Below, piece by piece: positions 52,901-64,000 of a stretch of DNA of 64,000 bases. This DNA comes from Eledone cirrhosa. Its lineage: Eukaryota. Below the pieces are notes generated by a model, which did no database searches, had not been told where the DNA came from, and saw only the letters and a program-made list of their open reading frames with translations. How positions within the stretch are numbered: position 1 is the first letter of the stretch; the number at the start of each line of letters is the position of its first letter. Both the position numbers and the translations under genes were made by a program. The DNA lies in contig OZ024741.1 in the NCBI GenBank assembly GCA_964016885.1, forward strand, positions 167,338,001 to 167,402,000. The letters are read 5' to 3'.

Positions 52901-55900
52901 AGAAAGAGATGTTAGGTAGAGAGGGCTCTATAGTTGAGTCAATGACCGACAACCTTTCATGTGCTGGTGCCATGATAAATGCACCTTTTACACTGTAATG
53001 TGGTTGACAATAGAAAGGGTATTCTGTTGTAGATACCATGCCAAAACAGGTCTATAGCACAACTTCTCTAGTATTGGTAGTCTACATGAGAATCACCTTC
53101 AGTACACTCTGTAATATGGATGATGATAGGAAAGGCATCCAACTATAAAAAACGTGCGCAATAAAGGGTTGTGAGAACTCTTCAGCTTTGTCAACGACAT
53201 GACAACCTCTTTAGTGCTAGTGCCATGATAAAATGCACACAGTAGTATACAGGAATGTATGTAAATGAGATGCCACCCATGATCCATCTGAGCACTGAGT
53301 AGAGAATGGGAATATATGTGAGATTCAGGCCTCGTGGTCCATCTGAGAAGTCAGTAGCTCTGCTTAGTCTTTGAAGATCTGTCCAACTCTTGCTAGCAGG
53401 GAAACCAGATTTTAAATGATTATGATGCGGATATACTTGATAGGACTGAAACCCTTATTATTAAAACACCTGAAAAATCTCCTATGGAATGTAACTTTGT
53501 AGGAGTCTACATACGTGTGAGCTGTATCTCTTCTTTTTTCATTTCTATATAAATAAATTATTACTTGAACTATTGATCTCTTTTGTTTACTGATTATAAA
53601 TGGTTTTCAATTTCTTCAGGTCAATAAACTCGAGCTAGAGGCACCAGTCATAAACAAGGCTTACACCATCAAACTTTCCAATGGCTGGATACATGTAGAG
53701 ACCAGCTTCAATCTGCATGTCTCGTTCGATGGAAAGCACAGAGTAAGAGTTAGTGTACCCCGAAATACATTTGGAGGACGGCTAACAGGAATATGTGGTG
53801 ACTGCAATGGACATAGAGATGATATGAGAACCAGCAATGGCACTATTGTGGTAAAGGAGAAGAACAAGTTTTCCCTCATTGGAGAGAGCTATCGTGTGAA
53901 AGATGACTCAGATAGACCTCAGGCCAGGTAAATTGTAGGCTGTTAGTTAAGAGGTCAGCTAAAAGTTTCTATGCACACACATACACACAAACATTCATAT
54001 ATACACACATATACAAGCATATACACTTACATACATATACATACACATACATATACATGCACATACACACATACATACATATATATACATATATACACAC
54101 ACATAAATACATATATCTATATATACATACATATGTTGATACCACAATAAAATGCATCCAGTACATTTTATAAGTATTATTAGTGCTAGTTCCATAATAA
54201 AAGGAACCCCAGTATAATCTGTAAAGAATCAGAGGCAGTTTCAGAGATTTCAGTAGCAAAAGTGTTAAACTAGTGTTTGGATCATAACATAATAAAGGTT
54301 TTTACATAAAAGTATGGTGGAAAGTTTATAGATAATTATAAATACTTTAAAATATACAACTTTATACCATAGATCCAAGGATAGTTTCAGGCAGTTTGGT
54401 ATCAATAGTATAAAGTTGATGTTTGGAACATGACTTTAAAAAGTTTTTTACATAAAAATTTGATGGCAGTTTTTAAATATGAACAACCTTGTATCATAGA
54501 ACCTTGAGCAGATTCAGACAATTTAGTATCAAAAGAGATAACATTACATATCTAATAGAGCATGCTTGATTCAATAACTATTGATATATACCTATTGACA
54601 TTATTCAGATGTGAAGAAATCGAACCTCATGATCTATGTAAAGAAAATGGACTATCAAACTGTGAGATTATCCGAAATCCAAAAGGAATGTTTGGCAAAT
54701 GTATTGAAAAGCTAGGAGCAATGGATGTCGAGGAATTCTTTGAATCTTGTGTGTTTGATTATTGTTACTATGCCAACTCCACAGAAATAAAGGGAATCGT
54801 ATGTGCAGCTTTGGAAAGTTTTGCTGCTGAATGTGAAACTGTTGGTATTGTTTATAACTGGAGATTTATGACCAATTGTCGTAAGTTGCAACTAGGAATT
54901 CCATATTATTTTATCTTATTCATTTATTTTATCAACATAATATCATATTGACATATATGTTTATATGTATGTATGTGTTTTAACAGTTTGACTTATTTAA
55001 CCAAACAGTTTCATAGACATGTTGAACTCCTCAGATGTTTTTGAATAATTATCTGAAGTAGTTAGACATGTTTAAGTCGACAAAATTGCTTCATAGTATA
55101 TAAAATCTCAAACTGTTAATATATTCTCAACTTCAACATTATATGTTGAATGCACTTCCTTTTCATTTGTACCCCCATATATCATCATCATCATCATAAT
55201 TACCGTTTTACGTTCATTCTTCCACGCTAGCATGGGTTAGACAGGTTGTCAGCATGGGTTACACAGATGTGATTTATACATTTGCATATATACACATATA
55301 TATAAATATAAAAAATATATATTTCTTGTAGCCATGAAATGTGGTCCCAACATGGATTACGAGCCTAAGACTAGTGGCTGTCAACCAACCTGTGTGAACA
55401 GAAACTCAGTTGACAACTGCTCAAGAAAGGATATCGAAGGATGCGTATGTCAGAGAGGTTTTGTACTCAGTGGAGAAGATTGCATTACACCTCGAGATTG
55501 TGGTTGTGTTCATGATGGACGTTACATTAAGGCAGGCATACCTCCTCCATTTCTCTATATCTCTCACTCACATGCTCTATCTTTGTCTTTCTTTTCCACA
55601 TTGCTTTCTCTTTGTCTGCGCACTCCCTCTGTCTCTCTGTCTCTCACTCACTCTACCTATGTATCTTTCTCTTTCACTCTCGTTTGTCTTTTCCACTTTG
55701 CTCTCCTGTCCTCCTTTTACACACTCACTCTATCTATCTATCTCCTCACTCTCTCTGTTTATCTATCTGTTTATCTTTACATGAATAAATAAATTGGTGC
55801 TCCCCTTTCATTTACTTGATGTGTTTTCTTCGTCCTCATATTGTCCCTAACATTGTCAGCCCATGTAGCCAGTATAACATTCATTATTGTTGTTGTAATC

Positions 55901-58569
55901 ATCATTATTTCATCTCTCTTTCATTCAGTTGGGCAGTAGTCTGACTTTAGCTGGTTGCACCCAGATAGCCGTGTGTGAAAAAGATGGAACAGCTAGAGGT
56001 CAACTGAAGATTGTTGATATTGAAAGCTGTGTGGTTAATTCACAGTGCATCACTCAGGATGGAGTCTGGCAGTGTGTTTGCAATAAAGGGTTTGCATTCA
56101 ATGACAACAAGACCGAATGTGAGAAGGTTCCTGGTAAGGAAAAAATGCTATTTGTATTTCATGGTGTCACCAGAGATGTAGTCACATCATTCACATACAT
56201 AATTTACTTATCACTTTTTTAATCTCAATATTCTTAACACTTAATGTCCTGCACCACATGAAATCATATTAGCAAAACATTCTTGAAAAGTACAAAACAG
56301 CACAATGACTGCTTCACATTAAATAATATAGTCTTTACTCTAATACTGCACATTATCACTATGATCTGTCCACTAGTAAATATACTATAAACATTTGAAT
56401 TAACAAACCACATGAAACCACATTAGTAAGACATTCTTGAAAAGTACAAAACAGCACTAAGACTGCATCACATTTACAGCAGTTGTTGCTGGCCATTGGC
56501 TGCGGGAATCCTTTTGCAGTCTTGTCTGTGGTGTGCAGTCCTCCGCCGCTGCACCCTAGGCCCAGAGCCCAATCATACTCCCTCTCCCTCCCATTCTTCT
56601 GTGACATTAGGGTCCTTGCCATTACCTCCCCTTCCCGTTTTCTTTATTTATGTAAATACCATATCTTTAGTTGCTATATTATAAACTATTCATTTTAATA
56701 GTGAAGTCTTTACATTTTGACTTTTAAATTAAAGTCTTTATTTTTTAACATTGGAATTAACAAATCTGCTTTTAGATATGTTCTGCTGAATGATTACAGG
56801 TTGGAGTTAATAGAATTATAACTGAGTGTGTATGTGTATATATGTCTGTATCTGTTTTACTGGATTGTTTGAAGATGATCAATGTGTGTGTCTATGTGTA
56901 TGTGTGTGTGTGTGTAGACAGTATTAAATCACTGCATTTTCTTTATGTATTCTTGGTTAAGAAAATGGTCTAAAAATATGTTGACCAACTTAATGTTTAG
57001 ATTTTTGTATTCCTTGCCAGATATAGAGGCTTTATCACAAGTTTGTGTAGCCCCAGAAGATCTATGATGAAAGGTAGTCTAGTTATGATGGCCATAGAAC
57101 CAGAGTTGGTTTCAGCTAGGTTGGTGTTTAAAAGGTTTAACCATGATTTCCTCTTTATATATTATGTATTTTTTACCTTCAGTATGTGGAGTTGAACCTA
57201 TTGACATCCAGTTTGTGGTTGATGTATCTCAAAGTATCAGAGAGGAAGGACTGTATGAAACTAAACAATTCCTCACAGAATTTGTCAATGCTTCAGTCAT
57301 TTCTCCAACTCATGCCCAGGTAGGAATTCTACAATTCAACCACAAAGTCACCAACAAGTTTTTCCTAGAAGACTCCAAGACTAAAGAAAACATCATGGAT
57401 GCAATCCAAACAGTAAGTATTTCTTGTGGCTACCAGTGATTTCTCTCTCATCCTTGACTTTTCTATTCCCCCAGCTGAATAAGGTGCTAACTCTTCAGTC
57501 ATGTCAAGCACACAACCTCTCTAGTGCTGGTGCAACAATAACATGCACCCAGTACACGCTGTAAATGAGGTTGGTGTTAGGAAGGGCATCCAGCTGTAGA
57601 AACCGTGCCAAAATAAACAGCCAAGAGGACCCTTAGTTGTGTCAATGAAAACCTCCTTAGTGTGGGAGGCTACAATAAAATGCAGCCAGCACGCACTATA
57701 AAGTGGTTGATGTTAGCAAGGACATCCAGCTGTTAAAATCAGGCCAAAACCAGAACATATATGAGATGTCACTTCCACCATGTCTAGGAGGATACTGGCT
57801 CCAATAAGATACTGACCTGGTTTGTGACAAGCATTCTAATACATGCTATTGTACTCATTGTGACTATTGCAACTCATTTGTGACAATAATTCTAATGGAA
57901 TATACTATATTTCAATTAATTAATGAAGAATTTTAGTAAAATTAAATTATTTCATTACTTAGATACTAACTTCTTATATAAAATTATATTGGAATATTTA
58001 CATTTAAATAGGAACCCTTTAAAATAGGTGGTTTCCTTTCATAGATTCAGGATTAATGGAGAAATTTGAGGGATTTACTGAAATGCTTAATTATTTCCTT
58101 TCTTGTATAAAATTATGTTGCAAGATTTTAATTTAAATATGAACCCTTTTAAAATGGTTGGTTATGGTTGGCTTGCTATCAAAAAGGTTAAATGATGATG
58201 ATGATGATGATGATATTTTTGTTTTTATTTTTATTTTAGATTGGACCTGTAAGTAGTGGGACAAGATTGGGTGCTGCAATGCGTTTCACAGCTACCTCTG
58301 CCATTAAACGTCACGCCATTCGTAGAGGTGTCAAGCGAGTGGCAATAGTTTTTACTGATGGTCAAATATCAGATGTGCCAATTGTCAAACGTTGGAGCAA
58401 AGATCTGCGAATAATGCAAAAGACTCGAATTGTGGTCATCGGTGTTGGACGTGTTGATGAGTTGCTTCTACGTGAAATGACTAGTGGTGGAGGAAAGGTC
58501 CTGTATGCATCTCGTTACGATACACTACAGCGAGTGATTGATGATCTTTACATGGTGGTTTGTAAATAA
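41381..58569 (+). CDS. 12-exon secreted zonadhesin/FCGBP-like protein (SP, PAN, PAN, EGF, VWD, C8, TIL, EGF-like, VWA), ~843 aa
   Basis: Exons 41381-41438, 42795-42875, 45989-46228, 47973-48203, 49082-49195, 51353-51615, 53620-53927, 54609-54880, 55332-55531, 55929-56133, 57183-57412, 58240-58569 join with matching phases (1,1,1,1,1,0,2,1,0,1,0) into 2532 nt with no stop. All introns are GT-AG except intron 9 (GC-AG). Confidence 0.85.
42795..42875 (+). CDS. Exon 2: short pro-segment with furin-type site RQRR
   Basis: TTAG|...DTTSGDVIRQRRAINYKHHLMNVEIPG...|GTAAGT, phase 1-1. Confidence 0.65.
45989..46228 (+). CDS. Exon 3: PAN/apple domain 1
   Basis: SLEHCSYKCL...GCKSFEY...QCFLS...DYYQ. Confidence 0.85.
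47973..48203 (+). CDS. Exon 4: PAN/apple domain 2
   Basis: DVEDCLHKC...ECSMVEY...KCDLS...WDFYQK. Confidence 0.85.
49082..49195 (+). CDS. Exon 5: EGF-like domain
   Basis: CNLKCGPREWCQ...KCVCYPG...GNGCY, phase 1-1. Confidence 0.8.
51353..51615 (+). CDS. Exon 6: VWD domain, N-terminal part with GDPH
   Basis: CSASGDPHYRTFDG..IHFMGTCKYTL...VEVKNENRG..KVSY. Confidence 0.92.
53620..53927 (+). CDS. Exon 7: VWD domain, C-terminal part (not in the ORF track)
   Basis: VNKL...LHVSFDGKHRVRVSVP..F.GRLTGICGDCNG..DD....NG...IGESYRV. Confidence 0.9.
54609..54880 (+). CDS. Exon 8: C8 domain
   Basis: CEII....G.FGKC...FFESCVFDYC...VCAALESFAAECE..G...NWR..TNC. Confidence 0.9.
55332..55531 (+). CDS. Exon 9: TIL domain
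   Basis: CGPNMDYE...GCQPTC...EGCVCQRGFVLSGEDCI...CGC...GRYIK. Confidence 0.9.
55929..56133 (+). CDS. Exon 10: TILa-like plus EGF-like segment
   Basis: GCTQIAVC...SCVVNSQCITQDGVWQCVCNKGF...TECE. Confidence 0.85.
57183..57412 (+). CDS. Exon 11: VWA domain, N-terminal half
   Basis: DIQFVVDVSQSI (MIDAS DxSxS), QVGILQF. Confidence 0.9.
58240..58569 (+). CDS. Exon 12: VWA domain, C-terminal half and stop
   Basis: GTRLGAAM...RVAIVFTDG...IVVIGVG...C-K-stop; AATAAA at 58845-58850. Confidence 0.9.
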   Translation: MGPVSSGTRLGAAMRFTATSAIKRHAIRRGVKRVAIVFTDGQISDVPIVKRWSKDLRIMQKTRIVVIGVGRVDELLLREMTSGGGKVLYASRYDTLQRVIDDLYMVVCK

Positions 58570-60334
58570 AATCCTTACCCATCCTTCACTACAATTATGG
58601 ATACTACTATTACTGCTAACACTTTACAAATATATAGATATCCATCACGTTGATGATAACATATGTGATATATGTATGCAGTTTTATATTTATATAAGTA
58701 GTAGCTGTAGTAGTAATAGTATTAAAATGGAAATATTGACGTGAATTATGATATGATAAATATAAATTGAATATATATATATTTGAAATAACGATGACAT
58801 GAAAATTCTAGAATGGTAATGATATAATTACGAATATTATAAGAAATAAACAATATATTGCAACTATATTTCTTACTTTGTTTTCATTTCTTAATTGATT
58901 TCTTATTATATGTATCAGGTTCAAAATAGGTACACCCTACTCCTGCATGTTGTGAGGGACTAAGGTTGGCATTAACTCTGTATATGACCTAGGTTAGAAT
59001 AGCTATCTCCGTAAAAGATGACTAAATGTGTTAGCACTAGGAAGGGCATCTGGCCATAAAATAGTACTTTAAAAAGGACCCCATGATGAGTATGAAGCTT
59101 TTCATTGGCGCTACAATGTTAACCCAGGCAAAAGCAGGGGAAACACTTGTATTATTTAGAACGTCGGACATGCTTTGCAGGATAGAGTTACGGCTCTTTA
59201 CGTTCTGAGTTCAAATCTCGCTGAGCTTAGTTTTGTCTTTCATCCTTACAGGGTCGATATAATAAAGTACCAGTAATGGTACTAGGGCCGATTTAATCAA
59301 CTTCCCCCATCCCTCCAAAATCTCTGGCTTTGTGCCTATAGTAGAAACCATTATTATTGGCAGTATCGGTAGAGAGTCGGACGCCATGCTTTCCAGTATA
59401 GTTACGTCCCTTTATGGTCTGGGTTCACATCCCGCCGAGCTTAACTTTGCCTTTCAACCTCATGGGGTCGATAAAATAAAGTACCAGTCAGGCATTGGGG
59501 TCGACGTAATTGACTTTCCCCCCAAATCACTGGCCTTGTGCCTATATAAGAAACCAATAATTTAAGAGACAAAGGGAAATAAATCTTGAAGCAATGCAAA
59601 AGAAAGCCTGCACGAATTCTTTCCCTTGTTTATTACATGAATCATTTAAAAAAATTGCGATAAATCCCTACTTGGGTGCTCAACCAAAAATGAATGAATG
59701 AAACTAAATCAAGAAACACCAACATATTCGCCATAAAAACCTTCACAACTCAATGAGACATTGCTTACAAAAAATAACCAGCATCAGATAAAATGAAAAC
59801 TTACATTCGTACGAATGTGACGAGTATTCAGTTTTCTCAGCAGACGATAATTACTGAGTACGAGTGTCATGTTTATGTTTATGCACATCAGTGTTTGTGT
59901 ATAAGTGCGCACGTGACGAGCTTTCAGACTTCACTCTATCGACCTTTTCTCTGATTCTTACTCTCTATAGGAGCTGTTTCAAATGACAAGTGGGGGGGGG
60001 GGGGGTAGTAGAGCACATTGACTCAGTAAATCTTCACATGGTTGTTTACAAATTCCCCTGAAGGCATACACATTATATATATCGGCATGGCTGTATGGTT
60101 AAGGAGTTTGGTTTGGGTTTCAGTCCCACTGCATGACACCGTGGTCAAATGTGTTTTTTTACTATAGCCTTGGATTGACCAATTACATTGTGAGTGGAAT
60201 TTAGTAGACAGAACTGTACAGATATTTGTATATTAGGGAACAGATTTTCTTTCATGTTACATTGAAAACAAAATTGTGCGCAAGTTTGATTCTTTTTTGT
60301 GAGGGATTTTTCATATTTCCTTTTTAGATCTTTA

Positions 60335-61114
60335 CTAGCAGAATGGTCCGGCGTTGCTCGGGATTCTAAACATAGATTGGTATGTTTATCCCTCCTTTCT
60401 GAAACAGTAGTGGGACTCTTTGGGTGGCATATCGGCAGTAACAATGACAATAAGCCGTCTGGGCTTTCGTGAAATAAATACGTTTGTTTATATTTTGTTA
60501 TTGTGTATGCAAAAATATCTGTACACGAATATATAATTATATATATACATATATTAAAATAACAGATGAAAGTTTAAGCAAAGAATCGCTGCTTTCATCC
60601 TTAACGGGATCTTCTGAAACTAAAAAGTCAGTCTGTGAACGCAGAAGTAAATATTTTGAAATACGTTGCAACTGAAGGAAAACAGGAAGACGATATTTTG
60701 GTTTGTGAAGACGTTCCCTGGCAATGAACGGAAAAAAGCGAATATGCTACATCAGCAATGAGAACAATATATATATATATATACACTATATATATACATA
60801 TATACACACACACACACATAGCGAGGTCAATGTTTTCATAATGTCGTAATCCAGACAGCCAGATTTACAGACAGATATTATAAGGGCGCGACATTATAGC
60901 TATGTATCTACCTAAAAAAACAGACTAAGAAAGAGAGAGATATCGCTAACCAGCGCCTAATGCAGTCCCTAGGGCATTGAAAATTTGAAATAAATTTTGC
61001 TCAAAACACTCACACGACCATAAGTATTACATGTGTAAAGTTTGAAAAAAATCGGTTTCGTGGTTCTCGAGTTTTAGGGAGACAGACAGACATTCTCTGT
61101 TTTAGATATATAGA
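60335..61114 (-). mobile_element. Complete non-autonomous Helitron
   Basis: Minus strand starts TC (61114) and ends CTAG (60335), with subterminal hairpin CCCGAGCAACGCCGG; it sits between A and T with no TSD and shares an internal segment with 9030-9235. Confidence 0.8.
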
Positions 61115-62187
61115 TAATTGGTTTAGAATAGTGATTTTCCAAAATCCCTGTGTATTAATGTTTCAAAGCCTTCATGGCTCCAGCTTTGGAATTTGAATGG
61201 TCATAGTTGTGGTAGATTGGTCATGTGGTTAGTAGTGGAGTAGCAAGAAATCATAAAACCTGATTTAAAAACAGTTAAGGTACTTAATAAGGCACTTATA
61301 ACTGGCTTAACGTATATTGTGTTTCGATTATAATTTTTTGTTTTCTATTGTTATTAGTATAGCTTACAATAGTTGTTCACTTTGTTTTGGATGGAATTCG
61401 ATATAGTGTTATCAACTAATATAGTCCTAATACAACAAAAACAGTACTCAGAAAAAATACACCCTGGTTATAGAATAGATAAACCTGTCAATAAAACTCA
61501 AAACAAAATACAACAGACATCGGTCATAACCACCACATCAACACAAAATTAACATACAGCAGACAACAGATATGATTTATAAATTTCAATGGAAACATTA
61601 AAGTTGTGAACTTCATGACCAAAATTGTTACATTGATCACACAAAACACAACACTTTTCTCTCAGTTAACCATGCACTTACTAAGTGTATGCAAAGGAGG
61701 TATTACAACACATTCCAATAGAGTACAAGCAAATAAATTGGATCAGATTAAAATTTTATAAAAACAGGAAATAAAACAACACATTTGTCTCACAAAAATC
61801 TTTAATCCCAAGATAACAAAACAAATAACAAATTTAAAAATAAAATTGTTTTTTCAAGTCTCGAAATATTTGTAAATAATAACAGCTTCAGTGAACTCAA
61901 CAACTCATCATTGCAAGATAAAGTGTTCTCTAATATCATAGGTTTCTGGTTTTGTGCAACATACATTTCTAAAGGGTACTCCAGGTTATCTATACATACA
62001 TATATATATGTGCCTGTCTAAAATTCAACGTCACTAACAAGATTTAAACAGAATAAGACACATATCAGCATTCTATTTGGCTGGAATGTGTTAATATAAT
62101 AATGATAAAGTCTCCAAGCACAATACAAAGAGTTGTATGCATATATATATGCATATATATATATATATACGTGGGAAAGTATGTATA

Positions 62188-62239
<52 letters not shown>

Positions 62240-62367
62240 TACATATATAGTTTTGCAAGACATTTTATCTGAAAACGTGTGTTGAAACAGATATTGTTAT
62301 ACTTTGGGAGGGTCATTCCATGTTTTTTGTTGGTAGAGAAAAACCACAGACCCTCCATCTCAACTCA

Positions 62368-62405
62368 CCTTTTGAAAAGCAGAAGAACTGCGAAACCGGT
62401 AAAGG
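62368..62405 (+). ncRNA. Minimal hammerhead ribozyme with U3-A8 core (family L, copy 2)
   Basis: CCUU-UUGAAAA-GCAG(aagaa)CUGC-GAAA-CCGG-UA/AAGG; 4-bp stems I and II, palindrome ACCGGU. Confidence 0.7.
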
Positions 62406-62538
62406 AACCAAATAAATATATATATTTTTTAAAAAAATAAGACTTCGGTTGCATTTTCGATTTCATCTCTTTTTCTTTATACTTCCACTCGTGTAGGACA
62501 CCTCGGTTATTTTTCATTTTGTAAAAAAAAAACCTCAC

Positions 62539-62576
<38 letters not shown>

Positions 62577-62582
<6 letters not shown>

Positions 62583-63597
62583 GGAAAAAATTAAACGAAA
62601 TTTCATTTCCCACTCTTAGTACGGCTGTTACATAAATATAAGTATGTACACGTACATACATATATGTATACAGGCGTACAGTAGTATGTATATATATATA
62701 CATACATGCACCCATATATATATGTACGTATAGATCCACCGAACATGTATTATAATGCTCGGTGTGTTTGTAAACAAACATCCCGTATTAAGCCGTAGTG
62801 TTCAGCAACCATCGTTGCTCGTTTGTTCAACACTGAGAAAGGAACGCTGTACTAGTTTCAAGCTTATTAGCTATCGTCAACAACGTATACCTTCCTGCCA
62901 GATTGTTGAACGTATATACTTATCTTATGCATATTAACGGCTGAGTAGCCCAATTTGCATATCGAGTGGGTTAATCGGCCGGGTGCACCGAAAACGATAA
63001 ACGGAAGAAATGAATCAAAATTTCATTTCCTACTCTTAGTACGGCTGTTACTTAAATATAAGTATGTACACGTACATACATATATGTATACAGACGTACA
63101 GTAGTATGTATATATATATACATACATGCACCCATATATATATATGTACGTATGGATTCACCGAACATTTATTATAATGCTCGGTGTGTTTGTAAACAAA
63201 CATCCCGTATTAAGCCATAGTGTCCAGCAACCATCGTTGCTCATTTGTTCAACACTGACAAAGGAACGCTGTACTAGTTTCAAGCTTATTAGCTATCGTC
63301 ACCAACGTATTCCTTCCTGCCAGATCGTTGAACGTATATACTTACCTTATGCATATTAACGGCTGAGTAGCCCAATTTGCATATCGAGTGGGTTAATCGG
63401 CCGGGTGCACCGAAAACGATAAACGGAGAAAATGAAACAAAATTACATTTCCCACTCTTCGTACCGCTGTTACTTAAATATAAGTATGTACACGTACATA
63501 CATATATGTATACATACGTATGGATTCACCGAACATCGGTGAATCCTTACGTACATATATATATGGGTGCATGTATGTATATATATATACATACTAC
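62577..63597 (-). mobile_element. Family H 420-bp unit: 2.3 tandem copies then a short inversion, after (TA)n
   Basis: ATAAACGG at 62577, 62997, 63419; inverted tail 63536-63597; HHRs at 62844-62886 and 63266-63308 both have C3 mutated. Confidence 0.85.
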
Positions 63598-64000
63598 AGC
63601 AGAAAATTTCACAACCTATCTATTAAGAAGCCAAAATTCTAGAAGTTATTGTCTTAACAAACAAATATAGGTTTTACTTTAGCATATCTATAGTCTACAC
63701 AGTGTAATGATTTGACCTGTTTACTGAGACTTGAGCTGTGTAATAACCTGATCTCTCTACTGAGAGGTCACCTGAACTGTCTACTGAGACTTCAGCTGAT
63801 CTTGTGATTTTGTCATCAGATATACCACACGCTGAACTGTAAATAACAAGATTGACTGTACATTATTTGTAAATGACCAGGTAAAGCAGAGATTGTTCTG
63901 TAAATGATCAGATAAACTATACACAGATCTGTAAAAGACCAGGAGGATGACATGCTAAAGTAGCACCCACATTATTCCTCCATATCTAAGAGGCAATCAA

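Overview
AT-rich, microsatellite-dense animal genomic DNA. The SINE and RTE repertoire suggests a cephalopod (Octopus-like); this is inference, not a database result. About 1-41 kb and 59-64 kb are transposon debris: RTE, CR1-like and R4-like LINE fragments, decayed hAT and Chapaev3-like transposases, two related Helitrons, a TTAA MITE family, tRNA-derived SINEs and satellites. One 12-exon gene (41381-58569, +, about 843 aa by my splicing) encodes a secreted protein: signal peptide, 2x PAN, EGF, VWD(GDPH), C8, TIL, EGF-like, VWA. The most striking signal is outside the ORF track. By eye I find about 20 type I hammerhead ribozyme (HHR) motifs from at least 10 sequence families. Many lie in non-coding 420-590 bp units arranged as partial tandems that then fold back on themselves beside (TA)n tracts, resembling Penelope-like pseudo-LTRs or non-LTR retrozymes. 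Two unrelated families carry the rare compensatory U3-A8 catalytic core. Most families have their own palindromic stem III. Two divergent families share an octamer-containing upstream module and a covarying extended stem I. All folding, splicing and coordinates were done by hand and may be off by a few bases.
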